In this document: piece after piece, positions 39,001 to 48,090 of the stretch
Layout: each line of letters begins with the position of its first letter
Position numbering within the stretch: position 1 is the first letter of the stretch
IMG/VR virus record: IMGVR_UViG_3300023176_006361
Location: 12,812 to 76,811 of that record
From: a virus
Length of the DNA: 64,000 nucleotides
Strand: one strand, 5' to 3'
Program-made: the position numbers and the translations under genes
The notes under the pieces: generated by a model
The model's input: the letters and a program-made list of their open reading frames with translations, nothing else
Told to the model about the DNA's origin: nothing
The model's database searches: none

Positions 39001-42000
39001 GAATGGTAGTTTCTGGGACTAATGTAGGATTATTGGAGAATCTTGATCCAGGATTTGTAATCTTGATTCCAAGAGCTTTACCAATAGTAGTGGATGATGG
39101 CAAAATCCTTACATTTTTTGGATCTTGTTCTACAAGAGTCAATGTTGTATTGTTTCCATACCCAGATCCACCACTAGTTACAGAAATAGCATTGATAGTT
39201 CCTGTATTAGAAACTTCTGGAGCCAATACAGCACCAGAACCTGTACCATTGACAATAATAGTTGGATTTACATATCTATTACCACCATAGTTGACGGTTA
39301 CACTAGTGATAGCACCAAACGCATTTGTTGCAATTGTGTATCTCAGTTCGTCAGATTTTCTAAAATATACACCTTTGATTTCTGGAAGAGATTCATATCC
39401 AAATCCTTGGTTTGTAATATCAACTCTTGCAATTTCACCAAGAGCATTTGTAGAGACAACTCCAAATTTTTTAGTTCCTCTAGCATTACCTTCAACTCTA
39501 TTTCTAATAATATAATCAAATGATGTGGATTGGACATTGAAAATGCCTACACCACCAACATTATAAGGATCTTCGATAAATCTAATCTTTGGAGAACTAT
39601 CAGTAATAAGACTATTAGTATTATTATAATAAAGATTTACGATTACTCTATCAATAACTTTCAAAGAAACCGTTGCTCCAGCATTACCAGGAGTTCCAGA
39701 TCTTTCTACAGAAAGACTATTTGCATACCTATCATCTAAGAAAAATGAAAGAATCGTTCCAGTATTAGAAGCATCCGAAACATCAAAGATATAATTATGA
39801 CCATACACAAAACTTAGATTTGGATTTTGTTCTACACCATTAGTATGGACACTTGAGAACCCAAATCTATTGGTTCCAGGTATAAAGGTAACAGTGACAT
39901 TGGTAGTCGTAGTATCTGACGCTGGATCTCCAAATACTTCTACAAAGTCTCCATTGATCAAACCATGTGCTCTATCTGTTGTTAGAGTTGCAATAAGTTC
40001 AGACAAGTTAGTAATCTGAGCATTTTCTGCATGTGTAGATGCAGTTGTATTGCCAAACGCTCTGGTGACTCCAAAAACATTACCAGTTATTGAATCAATT
40101 CTAATTTGCTCATTACCAACCTTGAAGATGTTACCAACGTTGAAGAAATCAATATTATTTGGTTTGATATACAGAGAAGTAGAGTCACTTTCAATAGAAA
40201 GATTTTCTACAGTATCAACATCGACTGTTTGCTCTTTGCGATCTTTGAATGTACTGGTAGTAGTAAATTTCTGATGATTCTCAAGATCTACCGAAACATA
40301 ATAAACATCAGAATTAAAAGTTCCCTGACCATTCACAACAGCTACATTGATGCCAGTAGAATGAGTTGTTGCAACAGTTCCTCCCTGTGCTCTAGAAACC
40401 GTCAACTCAGTTCTGGTCTTAGATACGACACGCATCTGCTCCGAACCAACAACAATATATCTGTTGATTGGGAAAAACTCTGTACTAACAACAGAGATTG
40501 TTGTATCTTCTACAGAGACATCTTCTGTAAGGGTTGTTTGATTACCACTACCAATTTCTTGAATGGTTTCTGAACTCCAAGTTCCAGAATTTATATCAAA
40601 GTTACCAAATTTTGGAAGATCGCTAGCATCAGGACCTTCAGCAATTTCATTGACCCACAAATATCCAGTGGTTGATGTAAGTTCTTCAATTCTTACAATT
40701 TTTGCAGAAGCATCAGAATTAGATCCTTTTATGTATGTGCCAACAGAAAATATGTCCATAGTTGCACTAGTGACATACAATCTTGCAATATACTCACTAA
40801 TCTTTCCTGTTGCAATTTGACTAGAGATCTGTAAGTCAGATTTATGAGTGGTTGCAGTTGTCCCATCAAATGAACGAACAACAGGAACTTCTTTGACGTT
40901 TATTACTTGTGAAATATTCTGAGAATATCTGGGATCATTCTCAGGTGCGTTTGCAATTGAAGTGCCTACAGTTGGAATTGGATACCTGTTTGAAGATCCA
41001 GGTTGAGTTATCATTTCAACCTTCAGAGTATTTGTCTCATAATCAATACCAATCACATTTGCAATCTTGACTACACTACCAGCAACATCAGCATAAATTG
41101 AATCTGCTATAGTTTTACCCTCACGATACTTGTAAAAGAATCCTTGATCTGTCGCAGGACCAACAGGAGTTGTTGCAAAAATATTTGCAATTCTGAAATA
41201 AGCATATCTAAGATTATTTGTCGCTGCACCATTTACATATACGACTTCATCTTCAATTTCAAGTGTGTCTCCTGTAGACAAGTTAGAAATATTATAATCT
41301 TTAAGAAGAATACTAGTATCAGTATTAGAGGTCTCAATAGCAGTAATAAAGTTCTGTGTAGTCTTTGAACTATCAGAAATTACATCACCATCGTTGATTC
41401 TATTATAAGTGAATGTGGAGGTTGGTACATCATAAGTTGGTGCAGGAATTGTCATTCTCTGCGATCTTGAATCAAGATTGCCATTGATATCCCCTGCAGA
41501 GATTGATGAAGTTGCGATGATAGTACCAGAAGAATCTTTTGGTAAGATCGATGAAACTACACCTGAGAAACCAGCACCTTGGGTATTTGTGTCATCAACA
41601 TATAATTTATCTCCAGCACCAAATTTTGGAGTAATAGTTACTCCAGAATTTACGTAGTTTGTACCACCATTTTCAATAATTACTGAATTGACAGAACCAG
41701 AAGATACATTTGTAACCTCTGCATTTACTGAAGTTCCAAACTGAGGAATATTATCATTATTGTCTCTAACTCTGATTACATTACTTGGAAGATTTCTGAG
41801 AGTAGAACCTGTACCAAAATTGATTGTTTCTGGAGCAAATTTATAAGTTGGACCAATTACATAAGGATATCTTGGTTTTACGACCTGACCATCATTTTTA
41901 CCAGGATCATCGCTTTGATGAATTGTCAAGAAGTAACAATATCTACCCTCAGGAAACTCTGGAGTTTTGCAGAATCTGCCATTATGTTCATCAAGATCTT

Positions 42001-44638
42001 TATGTAAAGGATCGCCTTCTGGTTTATACTCATAGTCTTCAACAAATGCACCAAGAGCATATTGTCCAATTGCTGGACCAGTTCCTTGTGTACGACCAGA
42101 CTTCAAATAATATGATGATCTAATTCTCTTTAGAGGTGATGTCGTATCAAATGGATTTGTATATCCAACAGGACCATAGATTGGTACTCCATCATATGAC
42201 CATGCAACAATGGGTGAGTGAGATAAGTTGCCCTGAGACTCGATTTGACCATTGATATTATCAGAAAGTGTATTTCTGATACCTACTGGATTGCCAACAT
42301 AGTAGTAGGCATCATGATATTCTGGAATAGATCCAGGGAAAACATATCCATTTTGACTATCACTAAACTTAGAATATTCTTCATAATTATCTCTACGCCA
42401 TTGACGAACCTTAGCAATAGCAGATGCACCACTGGCACTTGGTACTACATATATTTTTGTTTTTGTTTTATCATAATCATATCCTCCAGCAATTTTTCTG
42501 ACACTAATAATTCCATTATTTGAAGGATCAATAGTCTCTACAACAAATTTAGCACCTCTACCTCTCCCAGATTCGTCTACGATAACAATATCTGGTACTT
42601 GAGTATAATCTTTACCACCGCTAATCTTTGTCAGTGAATCAATTGCTCCTGTTTTATCATTTGCTGCAAAATTTGCAGTGAATAACGCACCAGATCCAGC
42701 AGAAATAGTTACATTTGGTGTAACATTATATCCTGCACCAGAATTTTGAAGAGTAACCGAAACTACTTTTCCACCGATAATATTTGCTGTTCCATATGCA
42801 CCGCCTGTGCCGTCGATAGAAACTACTGGTGCTGCTGTATATCCAGATCCCCCACTTGTTATTTCAATCTCTTGAATATCACCTTGCTCAACAAGTTGCC
42901 TATCTGTACTACTGGTCAAAGTTCCCGTTGGAGAAACAATAGGAACACCATCAACAGTAACAGCAATCGTTGAATTATCTGGAAGTCTAGTTTTAGATTC
43001 ACCAAATTTAGGCGATTTAGGGATCTTCTTTAGATGTCTTTGGGAAGCTGGTTCTAAGTTTGTATTCGGTCCAGATGCATTGATATCACCAATACTTCCA
43101 GAAACATCTGGGAATCCACTAGAAGAAACATAAACTGCTTCGTAATTTTCAAAAACTTGAGTGATGCCAGCAGCAACCCTATATCCAGAAGTCAAATAAG
43201 CATTACTCATTTGACCAGCAACATTTACCTCTCTGACCTGACCATCATTACCTGGGACATTTTGTCTCCAGTATGAGTTGAGGGGAATATCTTGACTCTT
43301 TCCAGAAAGACCTAACTCAAGAACATCACCCTCTTTTACAAAAAGTCCAGGGGATTCAATCTCAACGTCTTCAATTAGACCAGATGGTCTAAAAGATGCA
43401 AAATATCTTTCCTGAAGTGGATTTGTATCTGTGCTAGAGACAACATATAAGATGTTTGAACCATAGATAAACTTATTCTTTGTTACACCAGTAAAAGCGG
43501 CCGATGTACGAATTCCATAGAATTCAGTAGCAGTCTTTTCTTTGTATGAGAATGAGATCGGATCTCCAACAGCATTATTGATACCTTCAACATAGAACTC
43601 GCCATTGATTTCTGGGAATCCTACAGTTGAGTCAACAATAATTGATTGATTATTTGGACCAAACGTTGTTCTACTAATTGTTTGGTTTGTTGGTAAAAAG
43701 TTTCCAATAATTGACTCATTATTCAAGAAAATTCTATAAATGGTAACATTTCCAGATTTGATAGGAACAACCTTCTCAATGGAAGCAGTCGCTTCTTTGA
43801 TACTCTCATCAAAACCATAAGTAATCTGTTTCAGAACCAAACCTGGCAGATCATCTATTGTTACGCCAGTATTGAATTTGATCAGAGATCCTTGAATGAT
43901 CGTATCTTCAGACCAAGTTGATACTGAAGATTTGAGGAGCTGTTCATTTGGATATCTGACAAGAACTTTCTCATCATTGAACGCACTTCTGAATAAGAAT
44001 CCAATTGCTGGACTTGTGCCCTTTGAAGTGTAAAAATCCTTGATATACTTCAGAATTGTTGGTACTGAAATATCAGAGTTCAGTCTTTCAATGGGAATAC
44101 CCGAGAAATACTGACTCTTTAGACTTTTGAAAAGATTTGCTAGGAAAAGATGCGAAATATTGGTAACTTTCGTTCCAGATGCGAATGATGAGGTTTCTGT
44201 AGTGATAAATTCGCCATCATTCAAAAGATCACCAAGTTTTACTCTACCAGAAGATGCTCTTTTTGCTTGAGTTACTAATCCAGTCGCACTAATGCTTTTA
44301 TATTGTACTACTTCTCTATTAGTACCATCATCAATCAGAAGAAGACCCTCTTGAGGAAATCTCTTATAAATTGGTTGACCATTCGAGTCTGAATTTATGC
44401 CGAGTTGAATATCAGTATCATTAGACGCTAGATTTGCACCCAAAGTTGTCTCAAGAATCAGACCATCTCTGTAAAAGTCCGAATCTTGATAACTTTGGAT
44501 TTTTCTCAGAATATTAGAAGAAAAACCATCTACTTCTTGTGATTTGTAGTATTCTTTGAAGAAATCTACAAATACTGGATACTCCTGTCTAAAAAAGTCA
44601 GGTAACTGACTATCGACTAACTGAGAAATATTGATCAT
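33089..44638 (-). CDS. gp7: Baseplate wedge initiator gp7 (giant, with two YHYH-like inserts)
   Basis: 3849 aa; ISQLVDSQLPDFFRQEYPVFVDFFKEYY, IKDFYTSKGT..LFR; QKIQDSYFYQDFSYVIRS..HPAGFLVFGEV; lies between gp6 and gp8. Confidence 0.85.
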   Translation of the reverse strand: MINISQLVDSQLPDFFRQEYPVFVDFFKEYYKSQEVDGFSSNILRKIQSYQDSDFYRDGLILETTLGANLASNDTDIQLGINSDSNGQPIYKRFPQEGLLLIDDGTNREVVQYKSISATGLVTQAKRASSGRVKLGDLLNDGEFITTETSSFASGTKVTNISHLFLANLFKSLKSQYFSGIPIERLNSDISVPTILKYIKDFYTSKGTSPAIGFLFRSAFNDEKVLVRYPNEQLLKSSVSTWSEDTIIQGSLIKFNTGVTIDDLPGLVLKQITYGFDESIKEATASIEKVVPIKSGNVTIYRIFLNNESIIGNFLPTNQTISRTTFGPNNQSIIVDSTVGFPEINGEFYVEGINNAVGDPISFSYKEKTATEFYGIRTSAAFTGVTKNKFIYGSNILYVVSSTDTNPLQERYFASFRPSGLIEDVEIESPGLFVKEGDVLELGLSGKSQDIPLNSYWRQNVPGNDGQVREVNVAGQMSNAYLTSGYRVAAGITQVFENYEAVYVSSSGFPDVSGSIGDINASGPNTNLEPASQRHLKKIPKSPKFGESKTRLPDNSTIAVTVDGVPIVSPTGTLTSSTDRQLVEQGDIQEIEITSGGSGYTAAPVVSIDGTGGAYGTANIIGGKVVSVTLQNSGAGYNVTPNVTISAGSGALFTANFAANDKTGAIDSLTKISGGKDYTQVPDIVIVDESGRGRGAKFVVETIDPSNNGIISVRKIAGGYDYDKTKTKIYVVPSASGASAIAKVRQWRRDNYEEYSKFSDSQNGYVFPGSIPEYHDAYYYVGNPVGIRNTLSDNINGQIESQGNLSHSPIVAWSYDGVPIYGPVGYTNPFDTTSPLKRIRSSYYLKSGRTQGTGPAIGQYALGAFVEDYEYKPEGDPLHKDLDEHNGRFCKTPEFPEGRYCYFLTIHQSDDPGKNDGQVVKPRYPYVIGPTYKFAPETINFGTGSTLRNLPSNVIRVRDNNDNIPQFGTSVNAEVTNVSSGSVNSVIIENGGTNYVNSGVTITPKFGAGDKLYVDDTNTQGAGFSGVVSSILPKDSSGTIIATSSISAGDINGNLDSRSQRMTIPAPTYDVPTSTFTYNRINDGDVISDSSKTTQNFITAIETSNTDTSILLKDYNISNLSTGDTLEIEDEVVYVNGAATNNLRYAYFRIANIFATTPVGPATDQGFFYKYREGKTIADSIYADVAGSVVKIANVIGIDYETNTLKVEMITQPGSSNRYPIPTVGTSIANAPENDPRYSQNISQVINVKEVPVVRSFDGTTATTHKSDLQISSQIATGKISEYIARLYVTSATMDIFSVGTYIKGSNSDASAKIVRIEELTSTTGYLWVNEIAEGPDASDLPKFGNFDINSGTWSSETIQEIGSGNQTTLTEDVSVEDTTISVVSTEFFPINRYIVVGSEQMRVVSKTRTELTVSRAQGGTVATTHSTGINVAVVNGQGTFNSDVYYVSVDLENHQKFTTTSTFKDRKEQTVDVDTVENLSIESDSTSLYIKPNNIDFFNVGNIFKVGNEQIRIDSITGNVFGVTRAFGNTTASTHAENAQITNLSELIATLTTDRAHGLINGDFVEVFGDPASDTTTTNVTVTFIPGTNRFGFSSVHTNGVEQNPNLSFVYGHNYIFDVSDASNTGTILSFFLDDRYANSLSVERSGTPGNAGATVSLKVIDRVIVNLYYNNTNSLITDSSPKIRFIEDPYNVGGVGIFNVQSTSFDYIIRNRVEGNARGTKKFGVVSTNALGEIARVDITNQGFGYESLPEIKGVYFRKSDELRYTIATNAFGAITSVTVNYGGNRYVNPTIIVNGTGSGAVLAPEVSNTGTINAISVTSGGSGYGNNTTLTLVEQDPKNVRILPSSTTIGKALGIKITNPGSRFSNNPTLVPETTIPVSMQLINVGKDSNGNFQPTIGTKYERGERVYQGDVNTPTARGIVIDYNEINQTIRVNPVVGEFVVDAPLFGYLSATRSVPKTVNTPSLASIVNSITQISGLFSDDLGKLSTSSQKIQDSYFYQDFSYVIRSQIPVSEWREIIKESTHPAGFLVFGEVIVDSSASVSTVPLGGSTTCPPLQHRFNFDSRTEVDSDGYIYIRNGQNIEVGDSFRYYAEGDFEIQWESINANDETITGVLIQDKIYHIIAVKDDPDGKYIQISEYHPRDRFADAAHNRERLAYKVLPTSISYFPEIICDVQNPYKQITIEIYKEFIDINSETPANVAENGNLKTLIINKFFRMVEKPGAGSVVSAEGTVAIDLAIIDDITPLFDNVNKTYDIREQGSPIQPYSDYNLLVTLDGVAQEPGKAYTIINDKKIESLQIATSNSGQLEFDSWYISGTTTDINDGSTTVSGQADVQETYIDEEFIYIKGRGIPSYQATLGPYTGNNPVFSDYIKRIPKETFAPIDKEDTPLGAIGLWSNGTLLYNNQQQESYNDKNIWIVNETGSSPATDSYGGKSSLTGNYYHTANPIGLRRQRGDNISTTGAYTENQTAHSKILGWAFDGTPIYGPYGYSNAYSSVSSIKKIESSYAERTIATRNFLPDGTILQSDEVGPPVDSVEFIVLNFVSFTGSTDIFTSSQICTQVTSDTDDTTVAGVNGIVDSYDPINRKLLLSSVNGTFSQNMWIKTPTAWAQIVSTPIIYKIGYFTADFQYTAGSGDLDEYNGRFCVTPEFPEGRYCYFATIKSSTYDYSVGTPEENAAYPYVTGTKLYHKFYPENQLSKTELQQKIIFAQPPKEFVDPVNGHTQTAKFVGRMFGFSDVANNRDYAKKYIDISDQFDNYQTTFNLQYTAQQPNYAPSDPLEPNETALVFLDGVIQIPGSSYTINDTTNEIIFTSPPKRIGKIINISDVSNILNYSDNEIITGGTSNARGKILSRTPIGYENKGLLKVEVLERDFQSGETITGTTSSATSTIKLLGTITQSDRFLDASNLIEINKNFIANEAVERMLANNPGFNVPGGSQNCIDDVVDVLGAVVDVLRYGGNAPAWDAANLYATGGALQHLVGEEAESIETFNHARDIAIAVMQNQTVTVQGSHGLTQYFDNTIAIDGATGSYVGSCANVESAIGSSIGIITSVISNPSYLSTLSRNPGKSYVERKGQSQQFFAYSNGKYTVLDTPDTSSPTTTFIMRANGSLIIPNRSSQIIVVVNGIIQEFGQSYVINESLLEFYNPVLAGSELHVFYWYGKDLEKVLRGYNVPLYDPSYVQYDDNGNEVYYVLDDGTQTNKRLRSLPKAYYPIREYFRPDDSILVDGENAERELVDITNRDIIEWEHLDTYNDYFIDASNVGSSLFYVDQANKIYFEDYSTQSTSGFISGTKLVYTNEGNADIPGLTSGNTYYLGYSFRDRGVFLYTNYYDSLSAPPEQAITLGTSTGIHKFRIDTAIVGLKQTQFKTSDYSGITRGREASFTARVRFTMTLSDSTAYPAGTLVFSGGESVGTVISDLGNNQVEFQILPDRIIANGATVSTDLGGSNSVTVSSKENGRIHSIESLTGSFPTGLDYDTAPILVIKPAETDTGVFALAHAEIDENKQISRCIVDYEGRDYFQVPDIVVTRAYKVINSVYPLVTTRNQYNFWTSVDTVLETVMVLEAQQFTVSSFLQGTTTVTRAGQEVTIMTEHEHQDGIDEDVSREYDYLQANPVYPKDSALAEPNIISVGRIRAYPTFQALETNKFNVESTMSIADLTKAYSDLRIEQVAERYFSSLYSKYNPNNVSSTIRFNITPVSTTKEFGGILAAAANPGDTSLSLQGVHGFNYMIVEGNTFWLRPDMEIYEERSLIVKGYVDRIIDTDTFILRLNPGQNLLSGTPISNVANTVKVSIASQVYGLVEFGNETIGYEEIDWSGNRIILSGSCAFAHAQGDYLRTTRPTRLDI

Positions 44639-44642
44639 TCGT

Positions 44643-46520
44643 TTACGACTCCGCTAATACCTGAAGGTTACCTTTTTGTAGTGACAGAAAAACTTCTCTT
44701 TGAGCAAAAATATCTAATTGGGCAGGTCTTGCCGTTACTTTTACAATAGATCCAGCTTCACTGGTCTCTGTGATAATGATTGAATTCTTTTGACCTAAAA
44801 GAATCTCACCTTTAGAGTAATCTACAGTTCCAATTGGATCTCCAAGATATGTTTTGATTGAATTGTTCAAGTAATACGCCCTTACATTTTTGATTGTTCT
44901 GTTACTATTTACATAGTCACCAGAGAAGTCATCTTCAAGGAAAAATGTTTGGGTATAACCTTGAAGTTTGAATCCTGTAGAAGTTATGACTGGTGCATCA
45001 GTATCTACAATAAACGGATTTACATAACAGAGTTCATACGATGCTTTTGTATTCAGAATCGCTTTCAAATCTTTTCTCATCGTAACGGAAGTTACGTTTC
45101 TACTGATTGAGGAATCAGCATCATCGATAACACCTACTAATTTACTATATTTTAGTTTTCCACCAAATTTATTCAATGCTGTTGAAGCTTCATACAAATC
45201 AATCGCACTTTCTACCAAACTTCTGATTTCAGAAGAGGTTTTTGTGGTTGTCTGGGCATTATAATAAATTGTACTGTTTACTACAGGATATAATACTGAT
45301 GGATCTACAATATCTGTAGAAAGGGACGCTACTTTATATTGCCTTAGTTTTTGAGTAATGAAGGTTTTTGTGCTAGCAGAAAGAATTTCACCTGATTTGG
45401 GTCGAATTACAATCTTTACTCTTCCATATTCTGGAGGACTTGCTTCTTCACCACCATAAGCGAAAATATCATCTACATTTGGATAAACAAATCGAACGAT
45501 AGTGGCATAGTCTGCAACTGTTACTGCTCTATTTTGTGTTGCGTAGAATCTTGGTGCCTGAAACTTGATTGAGTCAATAGTTTCTGGTTGAGCACCACCT
45601 TCGGTTGTTGGTGCATTAGCAATGGTAACTGTTTGTGAAGTCGGAGTTACCAACAGATTATTTACAGCATTTCCAGAAAAGATGAAATTGCTATTACCCT
45701 GAATACCATTTGCATCTGCTCCACTAGAAACGATATAGGTAACTACGATTCTTGAACCGTTAGCAAGTTTTTCACCAATAACACCGTCACCAAAAACAAT
45801 CTCGTATTTTTCATCTTCAATTTCTTGAACAAAGTATACTTTACTTTCAGAGTTGATTTGAGTAATATTTACTCCTCTTGTATATACGGTTTGTTCTGTT
45901 GACTGAGAATTTGGTTGAACTTTCACAATCAATGTATCAAGATCAATTCCAGTATTTGGAACAATAAACCTTTGATCGAGATTTGAGTAATCTACGTCAA
46001 AAGTTGTAGAAATATACGTACCCTCATATAATCTTACTGCAGTAAACGCTGCCGTTCCTCCCAATCCAGGACTTAGTGGGTCAATATAAGTGATTGGTGA
46101 AACGATATCAACAGGAGTTGATAAAGAGTAAGTTACTTTGTCTTTGACTGCATTGAAAACTGTTCCTGCCTTGATCGTAATTGAACCAGGAGAACTACCA
46201 ATCAAACCACCAAATGTTGAAAATACATTGAAGTTGAAGAGAGCACTAGAAGACTTTGCAGATCTTGGAAGATAACCAAGATTTTTAGCATGTAGGACAA
46301 CATTGTCTCTCAGGATAGAAGAATCCAGAAAAGACTCATTCGCGACCATGTTGGCAACGAATGATTGGTAATGGGTGTTATATGCAAGAAGATCTACGAT
46401 GTTTGAAAGGGCAGAACCTTCAAAATCGTAGTCGGTAAAGTCTGTATTATTTCTGAGATAATCTTTCAATAAAGATTTGATATTCTCAAAATCTAATTCG
46501 GTAAGTTTAGTGTTTGCCAT
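44643..46520 (-). CDS. gp6: Baseplate wedge subunit gp6
   Basis: 625 aa; LDFENIK..DFTDYDFEGSALS..DLLAYNTHY..NESFLDS; QNRAVTVADY; GGEEASPPEYGRV. Confidence 0.95.
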   Translation of the reverse strand: MANTKLTELDFENIKSLLKDYLRNNTDFTDYDFEGSALSNIVDLLAYNTHYQSFVANMVANESFLDSSILRDNVVLHAKNLGYLPRSAKSSSALFNFNVFSTFGGLIGSSPGSITIKAGTVFNAVKDKVTYSLSTPVDIVSPITYIDPLSPGLGGTAAFTAVRLYEGTYISTTFDVDYSNLDQRFIVPNTGIDLDTLIVKVQPNSQSTEQTVYTRGVNITQINSESKVYFVQEIEDEKYEIVFGDGVIGEKLANGSRIVVTYIVSSGADANGIQGNSNFIFSGNAVNNLLVTPTSQTVTIANAPTTEGGAQPETIDSIKFQAPRFYATQNRAVTVADYATIVRFVYPNVDDIFAYGGEEASPPEYGRVKIVIRPKSGEILSASTKTFITQKLRQYKVASLSTDIVDPSVLYPVVNSTIYYNAQTTTKTSSEIRSLVESAIDLYEASTALNKFGGKLKYSKLVGVIDDADSSISRNVTSVTMRKDLKAILNTKASYELCYVNPFIVDTDAPVITSTGFKLQGYTQTFFLEDDFSGDYVNSNRTIKNVRAYYLNNSIKTYLGDPIGTVDYSKGEILLGQKNSIIITETSEAGSIVKVTARPAQLDIFAQREVFLSLQKGNLQVLAES

Positions 46521-46522
46521 TA

Positions 46523-46924
46523 TTACCTAGTGCTCTCTAAGTAGAATTCGATTTCTTGAGGGTTCGGTTGACCAATGATTTCAAATTCGATAGTAACATC
46601 GAATCTATTATTATCTGGGTCAGGGTTTACTCTAACCCTGTTCAAAATAACTCGCTTCTCATATTTTTTGATAGTTCTAGAAATCTCTTGAGAGATTCTA
46701 GCTGCTGTACCAAAATCTAGATTTTCAAAAAGCAGTTTTCTAATTCCTGTTCCAAGCTCTGGTTGAAATGGTCTTTCTCCAGGAGATGTAAGAATCAAGT
46801 GCTTTACAGCAGCTTTTATCGCTTGCTCATTTTTCTTGATGAGCAAATCACTAGTTTTAGGATGCTTTCCAAAACTAAATGCTAAGTCTTTGAATGATCT
46901 TGACAGTATGATAGGTTGCGCCAT
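46523..46924 (-). CDS. gp25: Baseplate wedge subunit gp25
   Basis: 133 aa; FKDL..HP..D...NEQAIKAAVKHLILTSPGERPFQPELG..LLFE..YEKRV. Confidence 0.95.
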   Translation of the reverse strand: MAQPIILSRSFKDLAFSFGKHPKTSDLLIKKNEQAIKAAVKHLILTSPGERPFQPELGTGIRKLLFENLDFGTAARISQEISRTIKKYEKRVILNRVRVNPDPDNNRFDVTIEFEIIGQPNPQEIEFYLESTR

Positions 46925-46948
46925 GAGGCACTATACAAAGTCGGGTTA

Positions 46949-46959
46949 TATTTATTTAG
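46949..46959 (-). promoter_or_regulatory. Late promoter (CTAAATAAATA)
   Basis: Intergenic, about 25 nt upstream of gp25. Confidence 0.65.
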
Positions 46960-46963
46960 TTTA

Positions 46964-47182
46964 CTATTCAGACCATCTTTCTACAAAATCATCGAATCCG
47001 CCCTGACCCCCACATGGTCTAGAAAGTCTATCCTCTGGTGGTCTAGCAGCTGCTCGCTTTTTGTTCTGTTCGTGGATTTTCAACCACTTTTCTGACTCAA
47101 CTTCGGTAATTAGAGTCATTCCAGATTCCATAAACATGTCGCCTTTGTCTACAGAACCGTCTAAATGTTGTGGATGTGACAT
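46964..47182 (-). CDS. Conserved cyanophage hypothetical protein
   Basis: 72 aa; VDKGDMFMESGMTLITE. Confidence 0.7.
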   Translation of the reverse strand: MSHPQHLDGSVDKGDMFMESGMTLITEVESEKWLKIHEQNKKRAAARPPEDRLSRPCGGQGGFDDFVERWSE

Positions 47183-47184
47183 TT

Positions 47185-47874
47185 TTACTCCTGATTTAGT
47201 GAATCAGAACTTTTTTCGGGGTTGCTATCCCGTTCTTTTGCTGTTTTCCAAAAATATTCGTCTTCACGACCCATTCCAAGACGATCAAAACCATTCTCAA
47301 CTGAGTAATATTGGGTTGAAACCTTGAAATCGGGCATTTTGGGGGTTTCTGGAGTCAAACTATTGTCAAAAATGCGTAATCTGTTGTTTGGATACAGTGC
47401 ATATTGACCATTTTCAAGTTCAATTAGGTTATGTGACTTGTGTTCAGCGGGATTTTCGCTTGTTGCATAGTCAACTACATCTGGATCTTGGTGATAATTG
47501 TCCAAAGTACATACATAAGTACCTTTTTGAATGCCATGATCGCGTGTGTAGCACTCAAAATCCATTGAACCAATGAATTGTTTGGTAACAGAGACTACAC
47601 CATAGTCCATACAGTTCCAAAATTGAAGATTTGGAAGATTCATGTCTGGATCTGGAGTCACAGGTTTGGACAAAAAGGCACTAATTGGTAATTTGTCATA
47701 CATTGCAGCATATTCTGGTAAATATGTCTCAAAATAAAAAGCGCGTCCAGGCATCGACTTAGCCGACACCCAGACGCCTTTGACAAACTCACCATGACCA
47801 AACTGATGATCAGTAAGATATTCTTTGCGAACCCATACTTCTACTGATGGTAAGTTAGTAACTAGACAACTCAT
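47185..47874 (-). CDS. Conserved cyanophage hypothetical protein
   Basis: 229 aa; NLPSVEVWVRKEYLTDHQFGHGEF..AMYDKLPISAF..EHKSHN..NGQYALYPNNR. Confidence 0.8.
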   Translation of the reverse strand: MSCLVTNLPSVEVWVRKEYLTDHQFGHGEFVKGVWVSAKSMPGRAFYFETYLPEYAAMYDKLPISAFLSKPVTPDPDMNLPNLQFWNCMDYGVVSVTKQFIGSMDFECYTRDHGIQKGTYVCTLDNYHQDPDVVDYATSENPAEHKSHNLIELENGQYALYPNNRLRIFDNSLTPETPKMPDFKVSTQYYSVENGFDRLGMGREDEYFWKTAKERDSNPEKSSDSLNQE

Positions 47875-47892
47875 CTCACAAGGGGTTTCTTT

Positions 47893-47900
47893 TATTTATC
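47893..47900 (-). promoter_or_regulatory. Late promoter GATAAATA
   Basis: Overlaps the stop of the upstream small gene; 18 nt before the 47874 start. Confidence 0.6.
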
Positions 47901-48042
47901 CCTTGCCTTGACCTCGACTACGCTTACGAGCAGCATTACGACTTGTAGCAGCATATTTGGTATGCTTTCCCGATCCCTGACGAGTTTTCTTGGGAGGACC
48001 AGGCTGCCATTCAGACTTCAGAAAAGATTTGACTTTTGCCAT
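47896..48042 (-). CDS. Small, highly basic conserved protein (48 aa; not in ORF track)
   Basis: Manual translation MAKVKSFLKSEWQPGPPKKTRQGSGKHTKYAATSRNAARKRSRGQGKG; fills the gap exactly. Confidence 0.75.
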   Translation of the reverse strand: MAKVKSFLKSEWQPGPPKKTRQGSGKHTKYAATSRNAARKRSRGQGKG

Positions 48043-48090
48043 TAGATCAAATTGATTACGGATTCATTATAAAGCATGGAGAGAGTCGTG

